Below are positions 7,687 to 17,881 of a stretch of DNA of 64,000 nucleotides, piece by piece; the stretch's first letter is position 1; each line of letters begins with the position of its first letter. This DNA is from a virus. Position numbers and translations under genes: made by a program. The notes below the pieces were generated by a model. The model was not told the origin of the DNA. It did not search any database and was given only the letters and a program-made list of their open reading frames with translations. The DNA lies in the IMG/VR virus record IMGVR_UViG_3300027859_000009, positions 1 to 64,000 of that record. One strand, 5' to 3'.

Positions 7687-8094
7687 ATGGAAAATTCAAC
7701 ACCAAAACCAGACCATATTGTATTTAATGAGGAAACTGGAGAATATGATGCTAATACAAAAGCATATCCAACAACAGCAAGTGCTCCTTCATTTTCACCA
7801 GTTATTTTTGATAATCATGAAAGTGTTAAAGCTTCTAAATATTTTCAGACAAAATTTAATGAAATCAAAAATGAGTATTTTCAACTTATTAATCATTGGG
7901 AGAATACTAAAAGGGTTTATGATGCAGATTGTAATTTTAAACCAATAACTGGAGAAATATATCACCTTTACACAAAAGATACTGGAGACTTTTTAAGCAT
8001 TATAGAACCTTCTCAATGGAATCAAAAATATGTTGGAAGTTTTAAATTAACAACTGATGGAAAATGGGAGTCCGTAAAGGAAACAAACGACTAG
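7687..8094 (+). CDS. DUF2452-like protein
   Basis: A..NFKP..GEIYHLY....FLSII.P..W pattern. Confidence 0.6.
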   Translation: MENSTPKPDHIVFNEETGEYDANTKAYPTTASAPSFSPVIFDNHESVKASKYFQTKFNEIKNEYFQLINHWENTKRVYDADCNFKPITGEIYHLYTKDTGDFLSIIEPSQWNQKYVGSFKLTTDGKWESVKETND

Positions 8095-8125
8095 AACCCT
8101 ATATAACTATTAAATATAATAAATT

Positions 8126-8593
8126 ATGGCAAACATTGATAACGAATGTAAAGATTTAGAAGTAAAAGACTTCTATGAAGAATCAACAACACACTTAGCA
8201 GACATTATGGAAAACCAAAAGAAAATGCAAGAGCAGACTTACGGTTTTAATTTCGAAGATATGACAATTAGAGAAATAATGGACTTTTGGCATTGCAACA
8301 CACATGCAGTTGTAGATGAAATTCACGAAATGACAGATGCTCTTGGGGGTATTAAAGATGGCTCTGGAAACGCAGTGTGGAAATATTGGAAAAAAGACTT
8401 TCCAAAATATGATAAATTAAAAATTTCTGATATGAGTGAAGATGATAAAAAAGAACTTTATATGGAGTGGGTAGATATTCTACACTTTTTTATTAATTAT
8501 GCTGCATCTATAGGACTTGACGCAAAAACAGCATATAATTATTACTTTGCAAAAGCAGAAGAAAATGTAAATCGTCAAAAAAGAGGATATTAG
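8126..8593 (+). CDS. T4 gp56-like dCTP/dUTP pyrophosphatase (all-alpha NTP-PPase)
   Basis: DEIHE..DALGG, WKYWK, EWVDILHFFIN and K..EN..RQ..GY motifs. Confidence 0.8.
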   Translation: MANIDNECKDLEVKDFYEESTTHLADIMENQKKMQEQTYGFNFEDMTIREIMDFWHCNTHAVVDEIHEMTDALGGIKDGSGNAVWKYWKKDFPKYDKLKISDMSEDDKKELYMEWVDILHFFINYAASIGLDAKTAYNYYFAKAEENVNRQKRGY

Positions 8594-8629
8594 TAGGTAA
8601 GTCCGTGTAACCGGTTATAAAAAATAAGT

Positions 8630-10036
8630 ATGATATTAGATATTGAGCAAAAAGAAAAAGAAGTAATAATAAGCTACTACGACAAAGAAGGAAAAGTAAG
8701 CTTTAAAAGATATCCAATTGATAAATTTGAAAATTGGGTTGTAACCGATGAAAAAGATAAATATAAACACCCACAACTAAAAAATTGGAATGGAAAGCCA
8801 ATTAAAAAAATTACTTCAAAAAGAGGATTTAATAAATTTAGTTTAGTATATTTCATTGAAAGTTTACCTGAAAAAGACCAAAAAGAGCTTTTTGAATCTA
8901 ACAGCCCTAAAACATATTTTATAGATATTGAAACAGAAATAGTAGACGGTTTTCCAAAAGCAGAAGACGCTAAAACTAGAATACTTAACTTTTCAATTAT
9001 AACGCCTGATAAAAAAGCAATAGTATTAGGCATTAAAGAGTTAGATATGAAAGGTCTTGAAAAAGACACTAATGAATATTTTAAATCTTTAGATGATGAT
9101 TGGTCCATATCATATTATAAGTTCGATAATGAGTATGATATGGTCTATAATTTTATTCATAAATTCATGCCTAAGTTTCCAATGATGACCGGATGGAACT
9201 TTATTAATTATGATTGGAAGTATATTGTAAATAGATGTAAAAGACTTCAAATAGATATTAGCGAAATGTCAGTTACTGGAAAAGTAGACAAAGTAGATGG
9301 TAGACCGTTACACATGGGAATTCTCGATTACATGCAATTATATGATAAGTATGATAAGTCTGTAAAAGTAAGAGAATCTAATTCTCTTGATTTTGTTTCA
9401 GGACAGATTGTAGGTCTTAAAAAGATTAAATACAATGGAGGATTACAAGAACTGTACGAAAACGATTATAAAAAATATGTTTACTACAATATAGTAGATT
9501 CTATTTTGGTATACTATATAGACCAAAAAATAAAGTCAATGGACGTTCTTTTAACATTAGCAAATATTACAAAAATGCCTCTGTATAAAGCAGCTAGCCC
9601 TGTTGCAATGACTGAAGCATTAATGGCTAGAAAATTAATGGAACAAAATAAAAGAATTGGAACAGAAAGAAAAGAAGATGTTGCAAAAGATGGAAAGTAC
9701 ACTGGTGCATTTGTTAAAGAGCCAATTTCAGGTTTTTATTCTGGTGTAAGTGCGTTTGACTTTGCATCTCTATATCCTTCAATTATGCGACAATTTAATA
9801 TTTCACCAGATTCATATATTGAACAAATTCCAAAAGAAGATATTGCAGAACGCAGGAAAGATAGTAATGTTATTGTATGTGAAAATGGAGTAGTTTACAA
9901 AAATAATGAATCAGTATTAAAACAAATTCAAAGTGATTTATACGCTCAAAGAAAAGAGTATAAAGCTATAGCTTATGATTATTTTGAAAAAGCAGCAATG
10001 GTTCAAAAAAAAATTAATTTAAAAAAGAACCCATAA
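8630..10036 (+). CDS. DNA polymerase B, N-terminal subunit (3'-5' exonuclease plus palm motif A)
   Basis: FIDIET, GWN...YD, YNIVD and DFASLYPS motifs. Ends in the fingers helix (LY.QRKEYK); lacks motifs B and C. Confidence 0.9.
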   Translation: MILDIEQKEKEVIISYYDKEGKVSFKRYPIDKFENWVVTDEKDKYKHPQLKNWNGKPIKKITSKRGFNKFSLVYFIESLPEKDQKELFESNSPKTYFIDIETEIVDGFPKAEDAKTRILNFSIITPDKKAIVLGIKELDMKGLEKDTNEYFKSLDDDWSISYYKFDNEYDMVYNFIHKFMPKFPMMTGWNFINYDWKYIVNRCKRLQIDISEMSVTGKVDKVDGRPLHMGILDYMQLYDKYDKSVKVRESNSLDFVSGQIVGLKKIKYNGGLQELYENDYKKYVYYNIVDSILVYYIDQKIKSMDVLLTLANITKMPLYKAASPVAMTEALMARKLMEQNKRIGTERKEDVAKDGKYTGAFVKEPISGFYSGVSAFDFASLYPSIMRQFNISPDSYIEQIPKEDIAERRKDSNVIVCENGVVYKNNESVLKQIQSDLYAQRKEYKAIAYDYFEKAAMVQKKINLKKNP

Positions 10037-10075
10037 TTAAGTGTGTTGATGATATATAAAACACATCAAACAATC

Positions 10076-10097
10076 AAAGGTCAATCGACCTTTTTTT
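10076..10097 (+). terminator. Intrinsic terminator
   Basis: AAAGGTC-AATC-GACCTTT plus T-run. Confidence 0.6.
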
Positions 10098-10172
10098 GGA
10101 CAAGTAAGGCAATTTTAGCTATTAATATCGTATTGCCTTTTTTTAGAAATTAACTAAAAATTATTTTAAAAC

Positions 10173-11171
10173 ATGAATTTATTTAAAGAAAGAATAGAAT
10201 ATAAACCATTTGAATTTCCTGAATATTATAGTGATGGATGGTTACCACAGGCACAGGCATTTTGGTTACATACTGAAATTCCTATGCAAAGTGATGTTAA
10301 AGACTGGAAAGAAAATTTAACAGAATCTGAAAAGAATTTAGTAGGTAATATACTTTTAGGTTTCGCACAAACTGAATGTGCAGTAAGTGATTACTGGACT
10401 ACAATGGTAACTAACTGGTTTCCAAAGCATGAAATAAAACAAATGGCTATGATATTCGGTAGCCAAGAAACAATTCATGCTACTGCATATTCTTATTTGA
10501 ATGAAACACTAGGATTAGATGACTTTTCTGCTTTTCTACACGAGCCTACTATAGCTGAAAAATTTGAACATTTATCAGGAGTAGATTCTAATTATACTCA
10601 TAAAGATTTAGCAGAAAATAATAAAGCTAGAAAAGAAGTGGCTAGAAGTTTAGCAATTTTTTCTGCTTTTGCAGAAGGCGTTTCGCTCTACAGTTCTTTT
10701 GCTGTTTTATACAGTTTTCAAATGAGAAATCTTTTAAAAGGAATTGGACAGCAGATGAAATGGTCAGTAAGAGACGAATCACTACACTCAAAAATGGGTT
10801 GTAGGCTTTTTAGACACATGTGCGAAGAATATCCTGGCTTAAAAGAAGAAGTAGAAGGTGATGTAAAAACAGCAGCAAAGTTAATGGTCGATATGGAACT
10901 TAAATTTATCGATAAAATGTTTGAAATGGGAGATTTAGAAAATCTTAAAAAAGATGATTTAAAAAACTTTATTAAAAGAAGAGCAAACGAAAAATTATCA
11001 GAAATAGGATATGAAAAAATATTTGAATTTGATACAATTAGTGCAAAAGAATTAGATTGGTTTTATCATTTGACAGGAGGCGTAGAACACGCAGACTTTT
11101 TTGCAATTAGGCCAACTGCTTACTCTAAAGCGGGTGAAGATGAAGTATGGGATGAATCAGAATTATTTTAA
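10173..11171 (+). CDS. nrdB: Ribonucleotide reductase class I, beta subunit
   Basis: ETIH...Y, AEG..LY.SF and RDESLH di-metal ligand motifs. Confidence 0.95.
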   Translation: MNLFKERIEYKPFEFPEYYSDGWLPQAQAFWLHTEIPMQSDVKDWKENLTESEKNLVGNILLGFAQTECAVSDYWTTMVTNWFPKHEIKQMAMIFGSQETIHATAYSYLNETLGLDDFSAFLHEPTIAEKFEHLSGVDSNYTHKDLAENNKARKEVARSLAIFSAFAEGVSLYSSFAVLYSFQMRNLLKGIGQQMKWSVRDESLHSKMGCRLFRHMCEEYPGLKEEVEGDVKTAAKLMVDMELKFIDKMFEMGDLENLKKDDLKNFIKRRANEKLSEIGYEKIFEFDTISAKELDWFYHLTGGVEHADFFAIRPTAYSKAGEDEVWDESELF

Positions 11172-11187
11172 AAAAGTATAAATAAAA

Positions 11188-13050
11188 ATGCAAAAAGAAA
11201 AACAAAGGGTAGAATTAATTTCTAAACAAACAAAAACCGATATTTTAGTAAATCAACTTAATTGGGAAAAAGGAGTAGATTACCCAGTATGGGGTCACAC
11301 CGAAATATACATTAAAACAATATCAAATGGTTATTTATTAGAAGGTGAAACTCCTAAAGATGCATATTGGAGAGTATCTACAACAATAGCTAGAAGACTT
11401 AAAAAACCAGAAATGGCAAGTAAGTTTTTTGATTATATTTGGAAAGGTTGGTTAAACTTAGCCTCTCCAGTTTTATCAAATACTGGAACAGAAAGAGGTT
11501 TACCAATCTCTTGTTTTGGAATTGATGTTGCTGATTCAATTCACGACATTGGTAAAAAGAATCTTGAAATGATGCTTCTTGCAAAGAATGGAGGTGGAGT
11601 AGGAATTGGTGTAAATCAAATTAGACCAGCGGGTTCTGAAATTACAGATAATGGTACTTCTGATGGAGTCGTTCCGTTTTGTAAAATATATGATTCTACA
11701 ATTCTTGCTACAAATCAAGGAGCTGTTAGAAGAGGAGCAGCTTCCGTAAATATAGATATTGAACATAAAGATTTTTGGGATTGGTTAGAAATAAGAGAAC
11801 CTAAAGGTGATATTAATAGACAGTGTATGAACATGCATCAATGTGTTGTAATTTCCGATGGGTTTATGGATAAAGTAGAAAACGGAGACAAAGAATCTAG
11901 AAAAAGATATGCTGCTGTAGTTAAAAAGCGTAAAGCAACAGGCCAGCCTTTTATGATGTATAAGGGCAATATAAATAGAGCAAACCCAGAGGCTTATGTT
12001 AAAAACGGTCTTAAAGTTTACATGACTAATATTTGTAGTGAAATAGCATTACATACCGATGAAAATCATAGTTTTGTATGTTGTTTAAGTTCTTTAAATT
12101 TAGCAAAATATGATGAATGGAAACATACAGATGTTATTCAAACTGCAACTTGGTTTCTTGATGGTGTTTTAGAAGAATTTATTCAAAAAGCAAAATATAG
12201 ACAAGGTTTTGAAAACGCTATTCGATCTGCTGAAAAAGGAAGAGCACTTGGTCTTGGTGTACTTGGATGGCATACTTATTTACAAGAAAGAGGAATTCCA
12301 TTTGAAGGATTACCTGCACAATTTGAAACCCGTAAAATATTTTCTCAAATTCAAATAGAAAGTGAAACTGCAAGTAGGCAGCTAGCAGAAGAATTTGGAG
12401 AACCTTTATGGTGTGCTGGAACTGGTATGAGAAACACTCATTTAAGAGCAGTTGCACCAACTGTAACAAATTCAAAACTTAGTGGTAATGTAAGTCCAGG
12501 TATAGAACCATGGGCGGCTAACGTATTTACAGAACAAACATCAAAGGGAACTTTTATTAGAAAAAATCAGTCTTTAGTCAAATTTTTACAAAAGATAGGA
12601 CATGATGATTCTCAAGTTTGGTCTAAAATTCTAGAAGACCATGGAAGTATTCAAGAAGTTAGTATATTAGATAACTACATGATGACTTCTGGAGTTCATA
12701 TAGATTCTGATGATTTTGAGGTGTTAACAATAAATCAATATAATTCTTTATCAGATGATATCAAAAAAGATATGTTCGTTTCACCTAAAGAAGTATTTAA
12801 GACCTTTAAAGAAATTAATCAGTTAGAATTAGTAAGACAGGCAGGGGTTAGGCAGCAATATATCGATCAGTCAGTTAGTCTTAATATGGCATTCCCAAAT
12901 ACTGCATCACCTAAATTTATTAATAAAGTACATTTAGAAGCTTACAAACAAGGAATCAAAACTCTTTATTATATGAGAACTGAATCAGTGTTAAGAGGAG
13001 ATATTGCAGCATCTGCAACTGATGAAGCTTGTTTAAGCTGTGATGGATAA
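11188..13050 (+). CDS. nrdA: Ribonucleotide reductase class I, alpha subunit (no obvious ATP cone)
   Basis: ISCF, GGGVG, RRGA, TNICSEI, APT, KTLYY and C-terminal CLSCDG. Confidence 0.95.
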   Translation: MQKEKQRVELISKQTKTDILVNQLNWEKGVDYPVWGHTEIYIKTISNGYLLEGETPKDAYWRVSTTIARRLKKPEMASKFFDYIWKGWLNLASPVLSNTGTERGLPISCFGIDVADSIHDIGKKNLEMMLLAKNGGGVGIGVNQIRPAGSEITDNGTSDGVVPFCKIYDSTILATNQGAVRRGAASVNIDIEHKDFWDWLEIREPKGDINRQCMNMHQCVVISDGFMDKVENGDKESRKRYAAVVKKRKATGQPFMMYKGNINRANPEAYVKNGLKVYMTNICSEIALHTDENHSFVCCLSSLNLAKYDEWKHTDVIQTATWFLDGVLEEFIQKAKYRQGFENAIRSAEKGRALGLGVLGWHTYLQERGIPFEGLPAQFETRKIFSQIQIESETASRQLAEEFGEPLWCAGTGMRNTHLRAVAPTVTNSKLSGNVSPGIEPWAANVFTEQTSKGTFIRKNQSLVKFLQKIGHDDSQVWSKILEDHGSIQEVSILDNYMMTSGVHIDSDDFEVLTINQYNSLSDDIKKDMFVSPKEVFKTFKEINQLELVRQAGVRQQYIDQSVSLNMAFPNTASPKFINKVHLEAYKQGIKTLYYMRTESVLRGDIAASATDEACLSCDG

Positions 13051-13098
13051 GATATGCGGCTCTTTGGAGTCGCCATTAGGACCGTTTAATTACGGAAC

Positions 13099-13133
13099 AA
13101 AAGGGAAGAGTATCGCTACGCTTCCCTTTTTTT
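13099..13133 (+). terminator. Intrinsic terminator (third of three hairpins after nrdA)
   Basis: AAAGGGAAG...CTTCCCTTT plus T-run. Confidence 0.75.
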
Positions 13134-13171
13134 AATAGATATATAAAACATAATTAAAAATAAGATTAAAA

Positions 13172-14431
13172 ATGATACTTAACTATGGAGAATTCCTAAA
13201 CGAAAAAGAATGGGCAGTTACAGACGCTAAAATTCTTAAAACAAGAAGAGCATTTTATGCTGAAGCATTTACTCAATTTTTAAACGAAGATGAATTGATA
13301 CAGGCTAACTCACTAATAAATGAAGGACTTTTTGACAAGTTCGGTTTTAGCAGAATAGAAAGATTAAATGAAAACGAACTTTATGAAAGTCTTCTATTAG
13401 AATGGAATCTTTTACAAAAATTGGCAGATAAAGCTAAACAGGCTGTTAAGGTTGTAAAAGACGAGGGTAAAAAAGCACTTTCAAAATTACAACAGGGTGT
13501 AATTTCAATAGGTGGTAAACTCACCGGTCTTATTAAGAAAATAGTAGAAAGTATAAAAAGTGTTGCTGGAAAAGCAATAGATGCCGCAAAAAAAGCAGCA
13601 GCTGCTGCTAAAAAGAAAATGACTGAAGCGTTTACTAAAGAACTTAATACGTTTAAAAGTGAAGGTGAAAAGGTAAAAGCAGAAAAAATAAAATCTCTAT
13701 CAAAAGATACTGGTAATGCTACAAAAGTTTCTAAACATGTTGTAAAATGGTGTACCGGTACTTTAGGAAAAGAAACAGCAGGTGCAATTGCTAAAGGATC
13801 TAAAGAAGAGGTACCTGGTACTAAAAAAGAAAGTGCTGCAAAAGAAAGTTTTAGTTATAGAAGTTTTGAATTAATGATGGAAAATTCATTATATTTAAGT
13901 TGTACAGATGCAATGAAAGCTGGAGAGCTGAAATTATCAGAAGTAGAAGAACAACTTAATATGCTAGAAGAAGGAGGAGGTCAAGAAGCACACAAACTTC
14001 CATTTATTTCAACAATAACAAAATTTATCAACAAATTCCCACCATTCAGCGTTTTAAAAACATTTAAAGAAAAAGGAGCTGAAGTAGCAGGAGGTCTGAT
14101 GGGCGCTATGTCAGCCAAGGCAACAAAGGTAATGGGAGCTCCAGGACCTTTTAAATTTTTAGCAATAGGAGCTTTTATGGGGATAGCATTTGAGCTAGCA
14201 ATGAAAGACACTTTGAAAGCAGCAACCGCAAGTTTGCTTTTTCCACCAGCAGCTCCTTTTATTACAATGGCATTTAACTTTGCCTATGTTTTAGTAGCAA
14301 TAGCAACATTAGAAGTATTGGTAGGAACGGTATTAGATGCTAAAGATGATTTTGCAAAAGCTAAAGAAGATACTATGAAAAACTTGTCTAAACAGGCAGG
14401 TAATGTTGGAAAAGACAAAGAAGAAGCATAA
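13172..14431 (+). CDS. Putative virion internal/ejected protein with C-terminal hydrophobic helices
   Basis: GATATATA at 13138; N-terminus YGEFLNE; several L/I-x-E sites; two hydrophobic segments near the C-terminus. Confidence 0.55.
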   Translation: MILNYGEFLNEKEWAVTDAKILKTRRAFYAEAFTQFLNEDELIQANSLINEGLFDKFGFSRIERLNENELYESLLLEWNLLQKLADKAKQAVKVVKDEGKKALSKLQQGVISIGGKLTGLIKKIVESIKSVAGKAIDAAKKAAAAAKKKMTEAFTKELNTFKSEGEKVKAEKIKSLSKDTGNATKVSKHVVKWCTGTLGKETAGAIAKGSKEEVPGTKKESAAKESFSYRSFELMMENSLYLSCTDAMKAGELKLSEVEEQLNMLEEGGGQEAHKLPFISTITKFINKFPPFSVLKTFKEKGAEVAGGLMGAMSAKATKVMGAPGPFKFLAIGAFMGIAFELAMKDTLKAATASLLFPPAAPFITMAFNFAYVLVAIATLEVLVGTVLDAKDDFAKAKEDTMKNLSKQAGNVGKDKEEA

Positions 14432-14490
14432 ATATTTTTGAAACAAAACACCAATTCATGATATAATTAACAAATAAAAATTATATCAAA

Positions 14491-15234
14491 ATGAAATTAG
14501 GAATTGCAAAAATTGACCAGCATGCTTTTATTAGCTTTATTAATCGATTAAAATTAATCGACTCTTTTATTTATTTTAAAATAAAAGATAATCAAGTTAT
14601 CTCAACATGCTATTTACCACAAAGAGATGCTGTGAAACACCACTCAGTATCAGTAGAAACATTATTTGGTGGAGTTGAAATGCCAGATAATTCTAAGGAA
14701 TATAAAATAGCATTCTTTGATGCTAATAGAATCATTGATGCTTTTAAACAATTTGAACACGACGCTATTCGCTGTGAAATTGAATTTATTCAAAATGAAC
14801 AAGACTTTGTAGCTTCTACCTTTAAAATCTTTAATGAAGAATTAGAAATCACATTATCATGTTCAGAACCTTCTCTTGGTTACCAAGATTTATCTACTGA
14901 GCAAATCGAAGGTATCTTTGAAAGAAGTCAAATGGACTTTCAATTCCCAATAGATAATCATTCAATCAATAGATTAAAATCGTTATTTAATTTAGAAAAA
15001 GAAGAAACGTTTGATATTAACTCAAATGGTTCTGGAGTACAAGTTAAAGGCAAAACATTTAACGTTGTAATTAGTCAAAGCGCAACTGGTAATGGAACAG
15101 CAACTCTTTACAAAAAATATTTAGCTCTTTTAGATAAAGAAGAATATAATGTACATGTTTCAAATAATAAAGTTGTATTTGATTCAACTGAATCTGAAAC
15201 TCTTTTAACTATTTCAACATGTAAAACTGCCTAA
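14491..15234 (+). CDS. Probable sliding clamp (gp45-like)
   Basis: Size (247 aa), beta/alpha pattern and position directly before the polymerase C-subunit; clamp loader present elsewhere. No diagnostic motif. Confidence 0.55.
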   Translation: MKLGIAKIDQHAFISFINRLKLIDSFIYFKIKDNQVISTCYLPQRDAVKHHSVSVETLFGGVEMPDNSKEYKIAFFDANRIIDAFKQFEHDAIRCEIEFIQNEQDFVASTFKIFNEELEITLSCSEPSLGYQDLSTEQIEGIFERSQMDFQFPIDNHSINRLKSLFNLEKEETFDINSNGSGVQVKGKTFNVVISQSATGNGTATLYKKYLALLDKEEYNVHVSNNKVVFDSTESETLLTISTCKTA

Positions 15235-16440
15235 ATGAAAGAAGTAATTGAAGAGGTAGATTACGACAGCATGTCTGTCGAAGAGTTAGAGCAGTTACAA
15301 AAAGAATACATAGTACTTGCTAATAAATATACTGCGTATGAACAGTCTGTTAAATTATCTCTTAATAGTATTTATGGTGCATTTGGTAATAAGTGGTTTC
15401 ACTTCTTTGATATACAAATGGCCGAATCAATTACTCTTCAAGGCCAAGATGCAATCCTTTACTCCGAAAGTATTTTAAATAAGTACTTTACGGAGTTTTG
15501 GCATAAAGATGAAAAATTACACGAAAGGTTAGGTGTAAAAGTAAAAAATAAACTCATTAAACCTGCTGTAATTTATATAGATACAGATTCTAATTATGTA
15601 CAGTTCGGTGAAATGTATGAATCTATTGAATGGTTAGATGAATCTAAAAAATTAGACGTAACAACTTTTACTTTAGAGGTTTACAATCTTAGAATTAAAG
15701 ATTATATTTCGATGGCTATGAAAAAATATGCTAAAGATAGAAATACTGATAACTTCTTAATGTTTGAATTAGAGTCAGTGGCATATTCTGGTATATTTAT
15801 GACTAAGAAAAAATACATACAAGATATATCATGGGACGATAAACTTCCTGTAAATGAAAGACACAATTCTCTTAAAAAAGTAAAAACAGTAGGATACGAT
15901 ACCATTCAAAGTTCGACACCTTTATTTGCAAGAAAGAAATTAACCGAAGCGTTAACTTTATTATTTAGCAAAGGAGTTACACCTGGTCCAAATGAATTGC
16001 AGGAAATTGTTTCTTTCATGAAAGAATGTAAGAAAGAATTTAAGTTAGTAGACTTAGACGATATTTGTTTCAATCGAAAAACAAATAATATTCACAAGTA
16101 TATAATTGATGATAATAAAGAATTTCAAATAGGTCTTAAATGTCCTCCTAACGTAAAAGCGGCAGGTTTTTATAATTATTTAATGAATAACAATTCAAAA
16201 TATAAAAACAAATATAAAATGATATCAAATGGTGAAAAGCTTAGAATATACAATACGAAGCACACTATATGTGATACATTTGCGTATTTACCAGGTGAAC
16301 ACCCTTATGAAATAGCTCCGGAAATTGATTACGATACACAATTCGAAAAGTGTATGATTGACCCTATAAATAGAGTTTTAAGAGCAACTGGTTTACAAGA
16401 ATTAGATACAAATTTAATTTACGCATCGGCTTTATTTTAG
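15235..16440 (+). CDS. DNA polymerase B, C-terminal subunit (motifs B and C, thumb)
   Basis: KLSLNSIYGAFGN, T..GQ, YIDTDS, KKKY and C-terminal clamp-binding-like ..ALF. Confidence 0.9.
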   Translation: MKEVIEEVDYDSMSVEELEQLQKEYIVLANKYTAYEQSVKLSLNSIYGAFGNKWFHFFDIQMAESITLQGQDAILYSESILNKYFTEFWHKDEKLHERLGVKVKNKLIKPAVIYIDTDSNYVQFGEMYESIEWLDESKKLDVTTFTLEVYNLRIKDYISMAMKKYAKDRNTDNFLMFELESVAYSGIFMTKKKYIQDISWDDKLPVNERHNSLKKVKTVGYDTIQSSTPLFARKKLTEALTLLFSKGVTPGPNELQEIVSFMKECKKEFKLVDLDDICFNRKTNNIHKYIIDDNKEFQIGLKCPPNVKAAGFYNYLMNNNSKYKNKYKMISNGEKLRIYNTKHTICDTFAYLPGEHPYEIAPEIDYDTQFEKCMIDPINRVLRATGLQELDTNLIYASALF

Positions 16441-16475
16441 ATATAAAAATTTAAACAAAAAAAAACAAAATAAAA

Positions 16476-17585
16476 ATGGCAAAAAAGAAAGAATTTAATT
16501 TTAGCGATTTAAACGCAGAATTGGCAAACATTAACCCTTTAGGGTCTGTCATGTCAGAAAGCGATTTTAGCGAAGTTACAGAATATATTGATACTGGAAA
16601 TTATCACCTTAATGCATGTGTAAGTGGTTCACTTTTTGGTGGATGGCCAAACAGTCGAACTTGTGCATTAGCTGGACCTTCCGGAACAGGTAAAACTTTT
16701 CTTATTTTAAATAGTATTAAAAGGGCAATCGATATGGGTTACAGCATCGTCTTCTATGATTCTGAAGCTGCAGTTGATAGACAATTAATGAAAAAGTTTG
16801 GAATTGACGTGAGTAAAGTTAACTACCAACCGATTAATACTGTTCAGGCATTTAGACATTCAGTAACTACAATTACTACAAAGATGCAAGAAGTCAAAGC
16901 AGCAGGTGGAGAAGTTCCAAAATTAATGATTATTCTTGATAGTGCTGGTAACTTGGCAACTCAAAAAGAAATTAATGATGCAGTAAGTGGAAGTGAAAAA
17001 GCAGATATGACAAGAGCAAAAATTCTTAAATCAATTTTTAGAATTATAATGACTCCATTAGCAGATCTGAAAATTCCTTTCCTATTTACAAACCACACTT
17101 ATATGTCGCAAGGTTTTATTGCACAGCAAATTGCAGGTGGTGGAACTGGACCAGAATACGCAGCATCAATTGTTCTATTTTTAAATAAAGCACAATTAAA
17201 AGAAGGTACTGAAAAAACCGGAATTATTGTTACAGCAAAACCAAATAAAAACAGATTTGCAAAACCAACACCAATCAAATTCCATTTACACTTTACAAAA
17301 GGAATGAATAGATATGTAGGTTTAGAACAATATGCATCATGGGATATTTGTGGAGTAGCAAGAGGAACTATTGTAAAAGGTGAAAAAGTATTAAAAGAAA
17401 CCGCAAGAACTTGGGTTTGCAAACATCTAGACACAACGGTTTCAAATGCTGACTTTTTTACAGACAAGGTTTTTACCAAAGAAGTACTAGAAAAAATAAA
17501 CGAACATATCCAGCCAATATTCAACTATAACGATATTTCACACGATGTTGATGTTGATGAAATCTTAGAAGAGACAACAGAATGA
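16476..17585 (+). CDS. uvsX: RecA-like recombinase
   Basis: GPSGTGKT, YDSE, ILDS.GNL and GGG.G..Y motifs. Confidence 0.9.
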   Translation: MAKKKEFNFSDLNAELANINPLGSVMSESDFSEVTEYIDTGNYHLNACVSGSLFGGWPNSRTCALAGPSGTGKTFLILNSIKRAIDMGYSIVFYDSEAAVDRQLMKKFGIDVSKVNYQPINTVQAFRHSVTTITTKMQEVKAAGGEVPKLMIILDSAGNLATQKEINDAVSGSEKADMTRAKILKSIFRIIMTPLADLKIPFLFTNHTYMSQGFIAQQIAGGGTGPEYAASIVLFLNKAQLKEGTEKTGIIVTAKPNKNRFAKPTPIKFHLHFTKGMNRYVGLEQYASWDICGVARGTIVKGEKVLKETARTWVCKHLDTTVSNADFFTDKVFTKEVLEKINEHIQPIFNYNDISHDVDVDEILEETTE

Positions 17586-17881
17586 TTTTACAGATAGACG
17601 AAGATAAATTACCCATAAAATATATTTTGGGAATACATGAGTCTTTACCAGAATATCCAACAGGTTTTGATATTTTATATGAAAAAATCAGAAGACATAT
17701 TGGTGAAGATAGCAGAGGTAATTTTACCAAACATGCTTCTATGAAATATCATTTAAAAGATGTAGAAGAATCTAAAGTAGATTTAGCATTAGAAGAATTG
17801 ATAAATGACGGTTGGATACGAACAATAAATGAAACAGAAGGCAAAGAGTCTTATAAAATACTTAAAAACCCATTTATATGA
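17582..17881 (+). CDS. Hypothetical protein (possible winged helix)
   Basis: ATGA-coupled between uvsX and the helicase. Confidence 0.65.
   Translation: MILQIDEDKLPIKYILGIHESLPEYPTGFDILYEKIRRHIGEDSRGNFTKHASMKYHLKDVEESKVDLALEELINDGWIRTINETEGKESYKILKNPFI

Noticed and set aside
10036-15235. Intron or split intein joining the polymerase halves
   Set aside because: No intein termini (C/S start, HN end) on either half, no group I/II intron features, and the interval holds ordinary intact genes.
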